Origin: Novosphingobium sp.
GTDB taxonomy: Bacteria; Pseudomonadota; Alphaproteobacteria; Sphingomonadales; Sphingomonadaceae
Assembly (NCBI RefSeq): GCF_016719755.1
Contig: NZ_JADJYM010000004.1
DNA length: 64,000 bases
Reading direction: 5' to 3' (one strand)
The first letter of the stretch is position 1. Every line of letters starts with the position of its first letter. Below the pieces are notes generated by a model. The model had not been told where the DNA came from, ran no database searches, and saw nothing but the letters and a program-made list of their open reading frames with translations. This document shows, piece after piece, positions 18,410 to 27,180 of the stretch. The translations under genes and the position numbers were made by a program.

Positions 18410-19650
18410 CGCATCGTCACCCGCAGCGGCAGGTGCTTGAGCCCGCCGGTGTGGTTGGTCTTGACCCATTCCGGTTCCCCGGTCAGCTCGATGCTCTCGA
18501 CCCGCAGCGCGATTTCGCGGAACAGCGCCTCGACTTCCATTTCGGCAAGGATCCGCCCCAGGCAGTGATGCGCGCCATAGCCGAAGCCGAGGTGGCGGTT
18601 GGGATTGCGGTCGATCCGGAACTCGTCCGGCGCATCGAAGGCGCGCTCGTCGCGATTGGCCGACAGGTAAAGGATCGCGACCTGCTCACCCTTGGCGATC
18701 TTCTGACCGGCGACTTCCGTATCTTCAGCCGCGGTGCGCATGAAGTGGCGCACGGGGGTGGCCCAGCGGAACATTTCCTGCGCGGCGCTCTCGATCAGGC
18801 CTGGATCGGCCTTGAGCTTGGCAAACTCCCCCGGATTGCGCGCCAACTGCATCATGCCCACGCCCACGGTGGAACTGGTGGTATCGTGCCCGGCGGCGGC
18901 GAGCAGCATGCCGTAGGACAGCGTTTCCATGTCCGAAAGCGGTTGGCCATGGATCGTGGCGGTGGCAACGACCGACATCAGATCGTCCTTGGGATCGGCG
19001 CGGCGCTGCGCCACCACTCCGCCGAGGTAGCCGAAGAACTCCATTGCGGTCGCCAGGCCGAAGTCCCCGTTGGCGTTGCGTTCGGGATCGCTCGCGCCGA
19101 ACAGTTCCTGCGTCAGGCGCAGCACCAGCGGCGCGTCGCTGTCGGGTAGGCCAAGGATCGAGGTGATCATGATCAGCGGATAGGGGACCGCGATCTCCTC
19201 GACGAAATCGAACTCGCCCCCGGGTGCCAGGCTTTCCAGCTTGTCGACATATTCGCTGGCCAGCAGCTTCATCCGCTCGCGCAGAGTATTGAGAAACTTC
19301 GAGTTGAACCACGACTGGGTCAGCTTGCGGTGATCGCGGTGATCGCTGCCGTCCATGTCGAGCAGGGTCCGCACCGGCCCGGTGCGGGTGCCAAACTGGG
19401 CGATGGTGCGGTCCTCGAACCAGGCGGGCAGCAGGGTGAGGCGCGGGGCATTGAGCCAGAGCTTGCCGTTGCGCTCGATGTCCATGATGTCCTTGTGGCG
19501 CAGCACGGCCCAGAACGGACGGTAGGGTTCCTGCTCGACCCACAGCACATCACCTTGCGCGCGCATTTCCTTGAACTTGGCCGCGATCGCCGCCTCGTCG
19601 GCATAGGCGGCGGCGGAGAAGGCGTCGATGCTGGTGACGGGCCTGATCAT
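18406..19650 (-). CDS. Cytochrome P450 monooxygenase
   Basis: 414 aa. I-helix AAAGHDTTSS, ExxR (EMFRW) and heme loop FGYGAHHCLGRILA. No signal peptide. Confidence 0.93.
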   Translation of the reverse strand: MIRPVTSIDAFSAAAYADEAAIAAKFKEMRAQGDVLWVEQEPYRPFWAVLRHKDIMDIERNGKLWLNAPRLTLLPAWFEDRTIAQFGTRTGPVRTLLDMDGSDHRDHRKLTQSWFNSKFLNTLRERMKLLASEYVDKLESLAPGGEFDFVEEIAVPYPLIMITSILGLPDSDAPLVLRLTQELFGASDPERNANGDFGLATAMEFFGYLGGVVAQRRADPKDDLMSVVATATIHGQPLSDMETLSYGMLLAAAGHDTTSSTVGVGMMQLARNPGEFAKLKADPGLIESAAQEMFRWATPVRHFMRTAAEDTEVAGQKIAKGEQVAILYLSANRDERAFDAPDEFRIDRNPNRHLGFGYGAHHCLGRILAEMEVEALFREIALRVESIELTGEPEWVKTNHTGGLKHLPLRVTMR

Positions 19651-20990
19651 GGGCCGATCCTTTCGATGGCGGGCAAACGGTAACGTCCTTCGAGCGCTTC
19701 GGCGCGCGGCAGGTAGAGCCGCATCACAGCGTGGAACGCGCCCGGCGGCACCGGCAGCCAGTTCGACGCGCCTTCGCGCGGGCGGATGTTCGAGAGAACG
19801 AGGGTGAGCGATCCATCCTTGCCGTATTTCAGGCCCCCGGTCCGGTCGCCGATCGCATAGCGGCGGATCGGGTTGGCGATCAGCTGCGAGGTGGCGCGGT
19901 CATAGGCTGTCAGCGACCAGAAGGCGTCGACCGGCGGCAGCGCGCCCCTGGCGAAACGGAGGCGGTAGCTGCGCTTCCCGTCCAGCGGCTCGCCCCGATC
20001 GTCCGTGATCGCGGCGGGATAGATCGATTCCTCGGGCGCATTGACATAGCCGCCGCGCGCGACTTCGGCGCGCAGCAGGAAATCGTCGCCCGGATCGGCC
20101 ATGGCGCCCGACCACATCCAGCCGTTGTCCACTCGCCGCGGCCGGAAGCCGCGCTTGCCAAGGACCTGTGGCCCGACCTTCAGCGCGCAGCCCAGCCCCA
20201 GTTTCTGCGCATCGGACAGCTTGCCCGCGTCGAACTGTGCGCCGGGGCCAAAGCCCGCGACATCGAACTGGGCCATCAGCGCGGTTTCGCCCGGCTTGGC
20301 GGGAACCGAGCGCAGCGCCCGGTTGAGCAGATCGAAGTAGGCGAGGCTGTCGAACGGCTGAAGCGGGGCGGCTTCGCTGACCGGTTCGCCTGCGGCGCCG
20401 TTCATCCGGATCGCCTGGGCAAGCCGCCGGGCCTCGGCTAGGTCAGTCTCTCCTGTAACCAGCACGCGGCCGAGCATCCAGGCCGTGTCGGTCGGCAGGC
20501 GGAACGCGGTGTAGCCTTCCGGCACCGCCCCGCCGGTTGGCCCGACCAGCGCATAACGCGCCGCCTTGCCGCCATTGGTCCGCGTGCCCAGATGCCATGG
20601 CCTGGCATAGAGGTCCATGAAGGCCAGCGTGTAATAGCGCCTGCCCATGTCCGGCACGTCGAGCAGCACCGGCCCTTTCGACAGGTCGATCCAGGCGTTG
20701 AGGTACAGCGTGTCGGAATTGGCCGCGCGCAGCTGGCCCTGTGTCTCAGGGGTCAGCAGATGCGGATAGACCGCGATCGTGTTGACCGGCGCCACCACCG
20801 GCTGGTCCGCGCTGACCCGGTGCGTTTCATTGAAGCGCTGCTTCAGCAGATCGACCAGTGGGTAGCCATAGATGTAGCCCTGCAAGCCAATCGACTGCGC
20901 CAGCGCGGCCTCAGGCTCCAACGCCGCGGCCTGGCACTGCGATGCCTCGGGAAGGGCGGAGGCCGCCACGGCAAGCGCAAGTCCGAACAC
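19647..20990 (-). CDS. DUF1254/DUF1214-like two-domain protein with hydrophobic signal-like N-terminus
   Basis: GYIYGYPLV (DUF1254-like) and DAFWSLTAYD (DUF1214-like). GTG start at 20990 with GGAGGGG immediately upstream. N-terminus VFGLALAVAASALPEA. Confidence 0.7.
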   Translation of the reverse strand: MFGLALAVAASALPEASQCQAAALEPEAALAQSIGLQGYIYGYPLVDLLKQRFNETHRVSADQPVVAPVNTIAVYPHLLTPETQGQLRAANSDTLYLNAWIDLSKGPVLLDVPDMGRRYYTLAFMDLYARPWHLGTRTNGGKAARYALVGPTGGAVPEGYTAFRLPTDTAWMLGRVLVTGETDLAEARRLAQAIRMNGAAGEPVSEAAPLQPFDSLAYFDLLNRALRSVPAKPGETALMAQFDVAGFGPGAQFDAGKLSDAQKLGLGCALKVGPQVLGKRGFRPRRVDNGWMWSGAMADPGDDFLLRAEVARGGYVNAPEESIYPAAITDDRGEPLDGKRSYRLRFARGALPPVDAFWSLTAYDRATSQLIANPIRRYAIGDRTGGLKYGKDGSLTLVLSNIRPREGASNWLPVPPGAFHAVMRLYLPRAEALEGRYRLPAIERIGP

Positions 20991-21142
20991 ATCCCCTCCA
21001 TTTGCGTAGTGTTATTTTCTCCTTGCTACGCTATCGTATTTCTAATTGCGTTACAATTGCTATTCGCGTATTTATGGAAATCAGTTTCTACGCATAATGA
21101 CCCGGCCCTCAGAGCCGGGCCGTGCGCATGAGGGAGGGAATC
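20991..21142. promoter_or_regulatory. AT-rich divergent promoter island D with five TACGC-type boxes
   Basis: ATTTGCGTAG 21000-21009, CTACGCTAT 21026-21034, AATTGCGTT 21044-21052, ATTCGCGTA 21062-21070, TACGCATAA 21089-21097. It lies between the DUF1254 operon and the TonB receptor. Confidence 0.55.
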
Positions 21143-23461
21143 ATGAACCACAAGCTCGCTACCGTTTCTCTGGCCGCGATGGCCGCCTGGGCCGCCAGTC
21201 CGGCCCTCGCGCAGGACACCGCGCAGGACAGCGACGATGGCCTCGGCGCGATTGTCGTCACCGCCCAGAAGCGTTCGGAAAACATCCAGGACGTGCCGAT
21301 CGCGATTTCGGCGGTGGGCAGCGAATACCTTCAAAGCCGGGGCATCGATTCGATCGACAAGCTGGGCACGATTGCCCCCAACGTGAAGATCGAACGCGCG
21401 CCCGCCTCCAAGACCATCTCGCAGGTCTCGATCCGCGGCTCGGTTACGATCAACCCGGCGATCACCTGGGAACCGGCGGTCGGCCTCTATCTCGACGGCG
21501 TCTACATCGCCAAGGCGCAGGGCTCGATCTTCGACGTCGCCGACCTCGAACGGGTCGAACTGCTGCGCGGACCGCAGGGCACGCTCTATGGCCGCAACGC
21601 GCTGGCGGGCGCGGTCAACCTCGTCACCCGCAAGCCCTCGGGCGAACTGGGCGGATCGTTTGACGCGACCTATGGCAGCTTCAACGACGTGCGCCTGCGC
21701 GGCGTGCTCGACCTGCCGCGCATGGGCATCTTCTCGGCCAAGGTGTCGGGCCAGTATCGCCGCCGCGACGGGCTGATCAAGCTCTCGCCCAAGTCGCCTT
21801 CAGGGGCGGAGCGCACCGATTCGATCAATTCGGGCAGCTTCATGGTCCAGCTGCGAGCCGAACTGTCGGACGCGATCACCGCCGACTATACCTATGACTA
21901 CACCAGGTCGGACCAGGACCCGCCGTTTTCGCAGCTGCTGCGGGTCAACCGCAATGGCGAATTCCGCGACATCTTCGATCCGAAATCGCCGGGCTATGCC
22001 TATGGCGGCGCCTATTTCCCGCTGGACAAGTACACCAGCGCCAGCCGCGTCAGCACCGCCGCGATCGACGCGCCGGCCTATGAGAAGTCGCGCAGCTATG
22101 GCCACGCGCTGACGATCACCGCTGACCTGGGCCTGGCGACTCTGAAGTCGATCACCGCCTACCGCGATCTCGCCTGGGCGGACGGGCTCGACCTCGATGG
22201 CTCGCCGCTGCCGGTAGCCTTCACCCAGCGCATCACCGACTACAACGCCTGGAGCCAGGAACTGCAACTGACCGGCGCGAGCGCCAATGACCGCCTGAGC
22301 TATGTCGCGGGCGCGTTCTATTTCAGCGAGAAGGCCGAGACGCTCAACCCGCAGACCTATTTCGGCGGCGGCACCGATCTGCAATCGAACTATGGCTCGA
22401 ACACCAAGGCCTTCGCGCTCTACGCCCAGCTGGATTACAAGCTGACCGAGGCCTTCAAGGTCAGCCTGGGCGGGCGCTACACGCACGAGGCGAAGGACAT
22501 CAGCCGCTATTTCCGGGTCAACTATGACGCCGCAAACGGGATCACGACGCCGCTGGTGGTTGCCAACCTGCCCTATGGCGCGGTGCCGGACGCGAAGTAC
22601 AACAACTTCTCGCCCGCGCTGACCCTTGCCTATGAAGTGTCGGAACAGGTCAACGTCTATGCCCGCTTCGCGCGCGGCTTCAAGTCGGGCGGGTTCAATG
22701 GCGAGACCAACGTGTTCGTCGCCCCCACCACCGCCTGCCCCAGCGGCGCGCCGGAACTGTGCAATCCCTACCGTCCGGAAAAGGTCGACAGCTACGAGCT
22801 GGGCCTCAAGACCCGCCTGCTCGACAACCGCCTGGTGTTCAACGTCGCCGCCTTCCGCGACGAGCACAAGGACATGCAGCTGTCGGTCTTCACCGCCACC
22901 ACCGGGGCGGCCTCGATCATCACCAATGCCGGTGCAGCGCGCATCCAGGGGCTGGAATTCGAAGCCGTGCTGCGCCCGGTCGACGGGGTGACGCTCAACG
23001 GCTCGCTGGCGATCCTCGATTCGAAATACAAGCGCTTCATCGATGGCGGGGTGAACGTGGCCGGCAACCGTGCCTTCCCGCACGCGCCCAAGACCACGGC
23101 ATCGGCCGGGTTCGACTGGGAAGTGGTCAAGGGCGACTGGGGCAGGCTCAACCTCTATGGCGATCTCAGCTATGTCTCGCGCTACTATACCTTCCCCTAT
23201 GCGCTGACCGGCACTTCGCCGTCCGACCAGCTGGCCGGATCGAGCGAATCGAAGGGCCGCACGATCGTCAACCTGCGCGCCAGCCTTGCCGACATTCCGC
23301 TGGGCGGAGCCCGGGCCGAGCTTTCGGTCTTCGTGCGCAATCTTACCAAGGAAGCCGATCCGTCGAACTTCATCGACTTCGGCCCGGGCTTTGGCGGGAT
23401 CCTGCTGGGCTACTTCCCCGAACCGCGCACCTTCGGGGTGACGGCGGGGATCCGGTTCTGA
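21143..23461 (+). CDS. TonB-dependent outer-membrane receptor
   Basis: Signal peptide MNHKLATVSLAAMAAWAASPALAQ, plug motif IVVTAQKRSENIQDVPIAISAV, about 770 aa of beta-barrel-type sequence ending in a terminal F (GIRF). ATG 21143 has GGAGG 5 nt upstream. Confidence 0.93.
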   Translation: MNHKLATVSLAAMAAWAASPALAQDTAQDSDDGLGAIVVTAQKRSENIQDVPIAISAVGSEYLQSRGIDSIDKLGTIAPNVKIERAPASKTISQVSIRGSVTINPAITWEPAVGLYLDGVYIAKAQGSIFDVADLERVELLRGPQGTLYGRNALAGAVNLVTRKPSGELGGSFDATYGSFNDVRLRGVLDLPRMGIFSAKVSGQYRRRDGLIKLSPKSPSGAERTDSINSGSFMVQLRAELSDAITADYTYDYTRSDQDPPFSQLLRVNRNGEFRDIFDPKSPGYAYGGAYFPLDKYTSASRVSTAAIDAPAYEKSRSYGHALTITADLGLATLKSITAYRDLAWADGLDLDGSPLPVAFTQRITDYNAWSQELQLTGASANDRLSYVAGAFYFSEKAETLNPQTYFGGGTDLQSNYGSNTKAFALYAQLDYKLTEAFKVSLGGRYTHEAKDISRYFRVNYDAANGITTPLVVANLPYGAVPDAKYNNFSPALTLAYEVSEQVNVYARFARGFKSGGFNGETNVFVAPTTACPSGAPELCNPYRPEKVDSYELGLKTRLLDNRLVFNVAAFRDEHKDMQLSVFTATTGAASIITNAGAARIQGLEFEAVLRPVDGVTLNGSLAILDSKYKRFIDGGVNVAGNRAFPHAPKTTASAGFDWEVVKGDWGRLNLYGDLSYVSRYYTFPYALTGTSPSDQLAGSSESKGRTIVNLRASLADIPLGGARAELSVFVRNLTKEADPSNFIDFGPGFGGILLGYFPEPRTFGVTAGIRF

Positions 23462-23466
23462 CCGCG

Positions 23467-23961
23467 ATGACGCTGGAACAGCGGCTCCAGCGGCTGGAGG
23501 ACGACCGCGCGATCCGCGACCTCAAGGCCCGCTACCTGCGCGCCTGCGACGGCAAGGACCCGGAAATGGTCCGCGACTGCCTGCTGCCCGAAGGGGCGGT
23601 GATTGCCTATGACGGCTTTCCCGCCTTCGCCGGCCGCGACGGCTTCGTCGCGGTCTATGCGGAAATGGGCTGCGTCCCAGGCGTGTTCGACATCCACCAC
23701 GGCGCCAACGGGGTGATCGGCTTCGACGGGCCGGACCGCGCCCGGGGGCAATGGTCGCTGCTGTTCCACACCATCAACCTCGTCTCGCGCACGCTGACGC
23801 AGATGGGGGTCGAGTACGAGGACGTCTATGTCCGGCAGGACGGTCGCTGGTGGATCGCCGAGACGCGCTCGCGCCGCCAGTCCTGCCTGATCCACGCGGT
23901 CGATGCCGATGGTCGGCCCACGGTGACAGTCATGGGCGAGCCACCCGCAACATTCGGATAG
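23467..23961 (+). CDS. NTF2-like / SnoaL_4-type protein
   Basis: 164 aa. Signature RLQRLEDDRAIRDLKARYLRACDGKDPEMV. ATG lies 5 nt after the receptor stop. It is the 3' part of the track ORF 22759-23961. Confidence 0.75.
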   Translation: MTLEQRLQRLEDDRAIRDLKARYLRACDGKDPEMVRDCLLPEGAVIAYDGFPAFAGRDGFVAVYAEMGCVPGVFDIHHGANGVIGFDGPDRARGQWSLLFHTINLVSRTLTQMGVEYEDVYVRQDGRWWIAETRSRRQSCLIHAVDADGRPTVTVMGEPPATFG

Positions 23962-23973
23962 GGAGGAAAGGCC

Positions 23974-24714
23974 ATGCGCTTTGCAGGCAAGAAGGTGCTG
24001 GTAACGGGCGCGGCCTCGGGGATCGGGCGGGCCACCGCCTTGCTCTTCGCGCGCGAGGGGGCCATGCTGACCATCGGCGACATCAACGAGGCGGGCCTGG
24101 CTGAAACCGCCGCAATGATTGGCGGCACCGTAAGGGCTGTTCCCTATGATGCGGAAGACCATGCCTCGTGCCGCGCGCTGGTCGAGGCGGCGAGCGCAAA
24201 TGGCCTCGACGTGCTGTGCAATGTCGCGGGAATGCTCAAGTGGGGGCCAACCGCCACCTATGCGGTGGAAGATTTTGAGCGGCTGCTGCGGATCAACACG
24301 ACCAGCGTCTTCGTGCTGTGCCAGGCGGCGCTGCCGCACCTGCTGGCAACGAAGGGCAACATCGTCTGCGTGGCCTCGACCGCCGGGCTTTCCGGCATTC
24401 CCTATTCGGTTGCCTATTCCGCCTCGAAGCACGCGGTGGTCGGCATGATCAAGTCGATGGCGCTGGAATATGCCGCTGCGGGCGTGCGGATCAACGGGGT
24501 CTGCCCGGGCCAGGTCGCCACCCCGATGACCAGGGCTGCACCGCCGCAGGGCGAGATCGACTGGCCGCTGGTGATGCGCAACGTGCCCAAGCTGGCCGAT
24601 GGCATCTGCGATCCGGAAGACATCGCCGAAGCGCTGGCCTTCCTCGCCTCAGACGCTTCGCGCAAGACCACCGGCGCGCTGCTGGCGGTGGATGGCGGAC
24701 AACTGGCGGGCTGA
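23974..24714 (+). CDS. SDR-family oxidoreductase
   Basis: VTGAASGIGRAT and YSASKHAV. GGGAGGAAAGG lies upstream of the ATG. Confidence 0.9.
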   Translation: MRFAGKKVLVTGAASGIGRATALLFAREGAMLTIGDINEAGLAETAAMIGGTVRAVPYDAEDHASCRALVEAASANGLDVLCNVAGMLKWGPTATYAVEDFERLLRINTTSVFVLCQAALPHLLATKGNIVCVASTAGLSGIPYSVAYSASKHAVVGMIKSMALEYAAAGVRINGVCPGQVATPMTRAAPPQGEIDWPLVMRNVPKLADGICDPEDIAEALAFLASDASRKTTGALLAVDGGQLAG

Positions 24715-24759
24715 ACGCGGCCCCGCACACCCCTCTCCGTTCCTTCCGGGCGTAGGGGG

Positions 24760-25224
24760 TTAAGGGTTGCGCGAATCCAGCAATGCCTGCGCCGCCTCGC
24801 TGCCATCGAGCAGCCGGTTGTCGCGCCGCGTGACCCACCAGCCCTGCGCGCTGCGCGCCAGTTCCCAAAGGTTGGCGGAAACGCGCACGGCCCGCCAACC
24901 CTCTCCCTCCCGGGCGAACACCACGCTGTGGCAGCGCGCCTTGGCAAGGTCGCCGTGAAGGTCGATGGCGGGGGATGTGAGAACATGGGCGCAGCCCTGT
25001 GCCATCAGCGCGCGGTGGACCGGGCCATCGATCAGCGCGGCGATGGCTGCGCGCCCTTTTGCCTCGCCCATGCCGCCCACGGCATAGACCGCATCTGGCG
25101 CAAACAGCGCCGCCACTCCCGCCGCATCACCGCTGTCGGCCAGCGGACCATAGCGGGCGATCAGGTCGCGGATCGCCTCACGGTCTTCCAGGGCGCGCAG
25201 GCGCTCGGCAATCCGTTCAGCCAC
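24760..25224 (-). CDS. NTF2-like / SnoaL_4-type protein
   Basis: 154 aa. Signature RLRALEDREAIRDLIARYGPLADSGDAAGVAALF. 8-nt overlap with the upstream flavoprotein gene. Confidence 0.75.
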   Translation of the reverse strand: MAERIAERLRALEDREAIRDLIARYGPLADSGDAAGVAALFAPDAVYAVGGMGEAKGRAAIAALIDGPVHRALMAQGCAHVLTSPAIDLHGDLAKARCHSVVFAREGEGWRAVRVSANLWELARSAQGWWVTRRDNRLLDGSEAAQALLDSRNP

Positions 25225-26677
25225 GCGCGGCCTTGCGCCCGGCCTGCCGCCCGAAGAAGGTGCAATCGGCCAGGCTCAGGCCGGAGGAATAGCCATGCCC
25301 CCAGGCCGGCAGGCCGGACGTGCAGCGCCCCGCCGCGAACAGCCCCGGAATCGCCGCGCCATCCCGCCCCAGCACTTCGCCATCGGTGCTGGTGCGCAGC
25401 CCGCCCAGCGTGAAAAAGCTGAAATAGCTCGACTGGAAATTGAGTTCGAGCGCGACGAACGGCCCCTGATCGAGCGGGGTCAGGATCGGTGCCCGCTTGC
25501 CGAACAGCGGATCGCGCCCTTCACGCGCGTGCTCGTTATAGACCGCCATGGTCGCGCTGAGCGTGCCCTTCGGCATTTCCAGCTCGGCCTCGACCTCTTC
25601 CCAGCTGTCACCCGTGCCGGCGATGGAAATCCGCGCGAAGTCCATCGGCTGGACGAAATGGGCCATGTCGAGCAGCAGGTAGACCTTGCCCCCCGGCTGA
25701 TCCACTGCGCAGCGGCTGACCCGGCCATGATAGCAGTCCTCGTTGATGAAGCGCTGGCCCTGAACGTTGACGAACACGCCGTAAGCGTGGCTTTCCGGCA
25801 TGGTCCAGGGGCAGGTGGTGAAGAACTGGTCCATGTGGATCGCATCGCCGCCCGCACCCAGGCCCAGTTCGATGCCGCCGCCGTCGTCCTTGTCGCCGAT
25901 CGGATCGTTGAGCTTGAAGGTGTCGGGGCAATGCTTGCGGCGCATCGCCTCGTTGAACACGAAGCCCCCCGTGGCCAGCACCACGCCCTTTTCCGCCTTT
26001 ACGAAGCGCGGCTGGTTGTCGATCCGCACCACCACGCCGACGATCCGCCCGCCGTCCTGCACCAGCGCCAGCGCACGGGCATCGACCACCACCTCGACAC
26101 CTTCGGAGAGCGCCGAAGCCTCCAGAATATCGACCAGCGGACGCCCCCCGCCCCAGCCCATATGCTGGATCACATGGCCGCGCGGCGCCGGTTTCGCCAG
26201 GTCGCAGAACGGGGCCGCAGCCTCGCTCCCCGACCAGATCAGGGTTGAATCGTCGGTCGGCTCGATGTGTTTGCCGGGCAGGTAATTGCCGCGATAGGGC
26301 ACCCCTTGCGCTTTCAGCCAGGCGAAGTGGTTCAAGGCCTCGCGCCCGTAGATCTCGCACTTGGCCTCGTCGGCGCAGGGACCTCCAGCCAGCTTGAGGT
26401 ATCGCGTAAAGTCTTCGGTCGTGTCCTCGAACCCGGCGGCGCGCTGGGCATCGCTCCCGCCGCCCCCGCCGATGTAGATTTCCCCGCCCGACAGGCCCGA
26501 GGCTCCGCCGCTGCCCGAATTGCGCTCGAACAGCATAACCCGCGCACCTGCATCGGCGGCTTCGATCGCCGCGCAGGCCCCCGCCGCGCCAAAGCCGATC
26601 ACGGCGACATCGGTTTCGTAATCCCAGTGCGCTACCTCGGCAGCGGGATAGGGACGGTGCAGCGAGATTTCAGGCAT
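25217..26677 (-). CDS. FAD-dependent dehydrogenase (KstD / 3-ketosteroid Delta4-dehydrogenase / fumarate-reductase flavoprotein-like)
   Basis: TDVAVIGFGAAGACAAIEAADAGARVMLFERNSGSGGASGLSGG. Start ATG 26677 (MPEISL). The track ORF runs upstream into the neighbouring gene. Confidence 0.8.
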   Translation of the reverse strand: MPEISLHRPYPAAEVAHWDYETDVAVIGFGAAGACAAIEAADAGARVMLFERNSGSGGASGLSGGEIYIGGGGGSDAQRAAGFEDTTEDFTRYLKLAGGPCADEAKCEIYGREALNHFAWLKAQGVPYRGNYLPGKHIEPTDDSTLIWSGSEAAAPFCDLAKPAPRGHVIQHMGWGGGRPLVDILEASALSEGVEVVVDARALALVQDGGRIVGVVVRIDNQPRFVKAEKGVVLATGGFVFNEAMRRKHCPDTFKLNDPIGDKDDGGGIELGLGAGGDAIHMDQFFTTCPWTMPESHAYGVFVNVQGQRFINEDCYHGRVSRCAVDQPGGKVYLLLDMAHFVQPMDFARISIAGTGDSWEEVEAELEMPKGTLSATMAVYNEHAREGRDPLFGKRAPILTPLDQGPFVALELNFQSSYFSFFTLGGLRTSTDGEVLGRDGAAIPGLFAAGRCTSGLPAWGHGYSSGLSLADCTFFGRQAGRKAARG

Positions 26678-26685
26678 CGTCTGGC

Positions 26686-27180
26686 TCACAGGTAGGCACC
26701 GTCCTGGTAGATCAGCGGGGCAACATCCTCGCTCACTTCGGCGCTGAGGACACGGGCGATGACGATGGAATGGGTGCCATAGGCCAGCATGGCATCGATC
26801 ACGCAAGACAGATTGGCCTGCGCGCCCGCCAGCATCGGCACACCATTCGCACCGTCGTGCCAGTCCCCGATCCGGAAGCGCTCCTCCTGCGCGATGCCCC
26901 CGCCGAAGGCTGCGGAAACATCCTGCTGGCTCCGCGAAAGCAGGTTCACCGAAAGCGGCGCGGTCGGCACCAGCAGTCCGTGCAGCGCGGTCGCGCGGTT
27001 GACGCAGATCAGCACCGCCGGAGGGTCGGCGGTCAGCGAGGTAACCGATGTCGCCGCCATGCCGACCGGGCCGGATTCTCCCCGCGCGGCAACGATCGCC
27101 ACTGCCGAGGCGAGCCGCCGCATCGCGGCGCGAAACCGCGCGGGCAGTTCCTCGGCCACCAGAGGATAGCCGTCAGCCAC
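26686..27180 (-). CDS. Flavin reductase domain protein (HsaB/TesA2-like reductase component)
   Basis: 164 aa. FRAAMRRLASAVAIVAA...GMAATSVTSLTADPPAVLICVN. GTG start overlaps the hsaD-like stop by 8 nt. Confidence 0.8.
   Translation of the reverse strand: MADGYPLVAEELPARFRAAMRRLASAVAIVAARGESGPVGMAATSVTSLTADPPAVLICVNRATALHGLLVPTAPLSVNLLSRSQQDVSAAFGGGIAQEERFRIGDWHDGANGVPMLAGAQANLSCVIDAMLAYGTHSIVIARVLSAEVSEDVAPLIYQDGAYL

Noticed and set aside
16844-18568. 574-aa plus-strand ORF antisense to the DUF3604 gene
   Set aside because: Same shadow-ORF character (RGAP-rich, no domains). The opposite strand has a clear protein signature.
22759-23961. 400-aa ORF suggesting a large protein overlapping the TonB receptor
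   Set aside because: Only the last 164 codons (from ATG 23467, just after the receptor stop) give an NTF2-like sequence. The upstream part is an out-of-frame read-through of the receptor gene.
24715-24759. Possible terminator hairpin between the convergent SDR and NTF2 genes
   Set aside because: There is only a 6-bp ACCCCT/AGGGGT pairing around a 19-nt loop. That is too weak to call and does not match the G4AG4 hairpin family.
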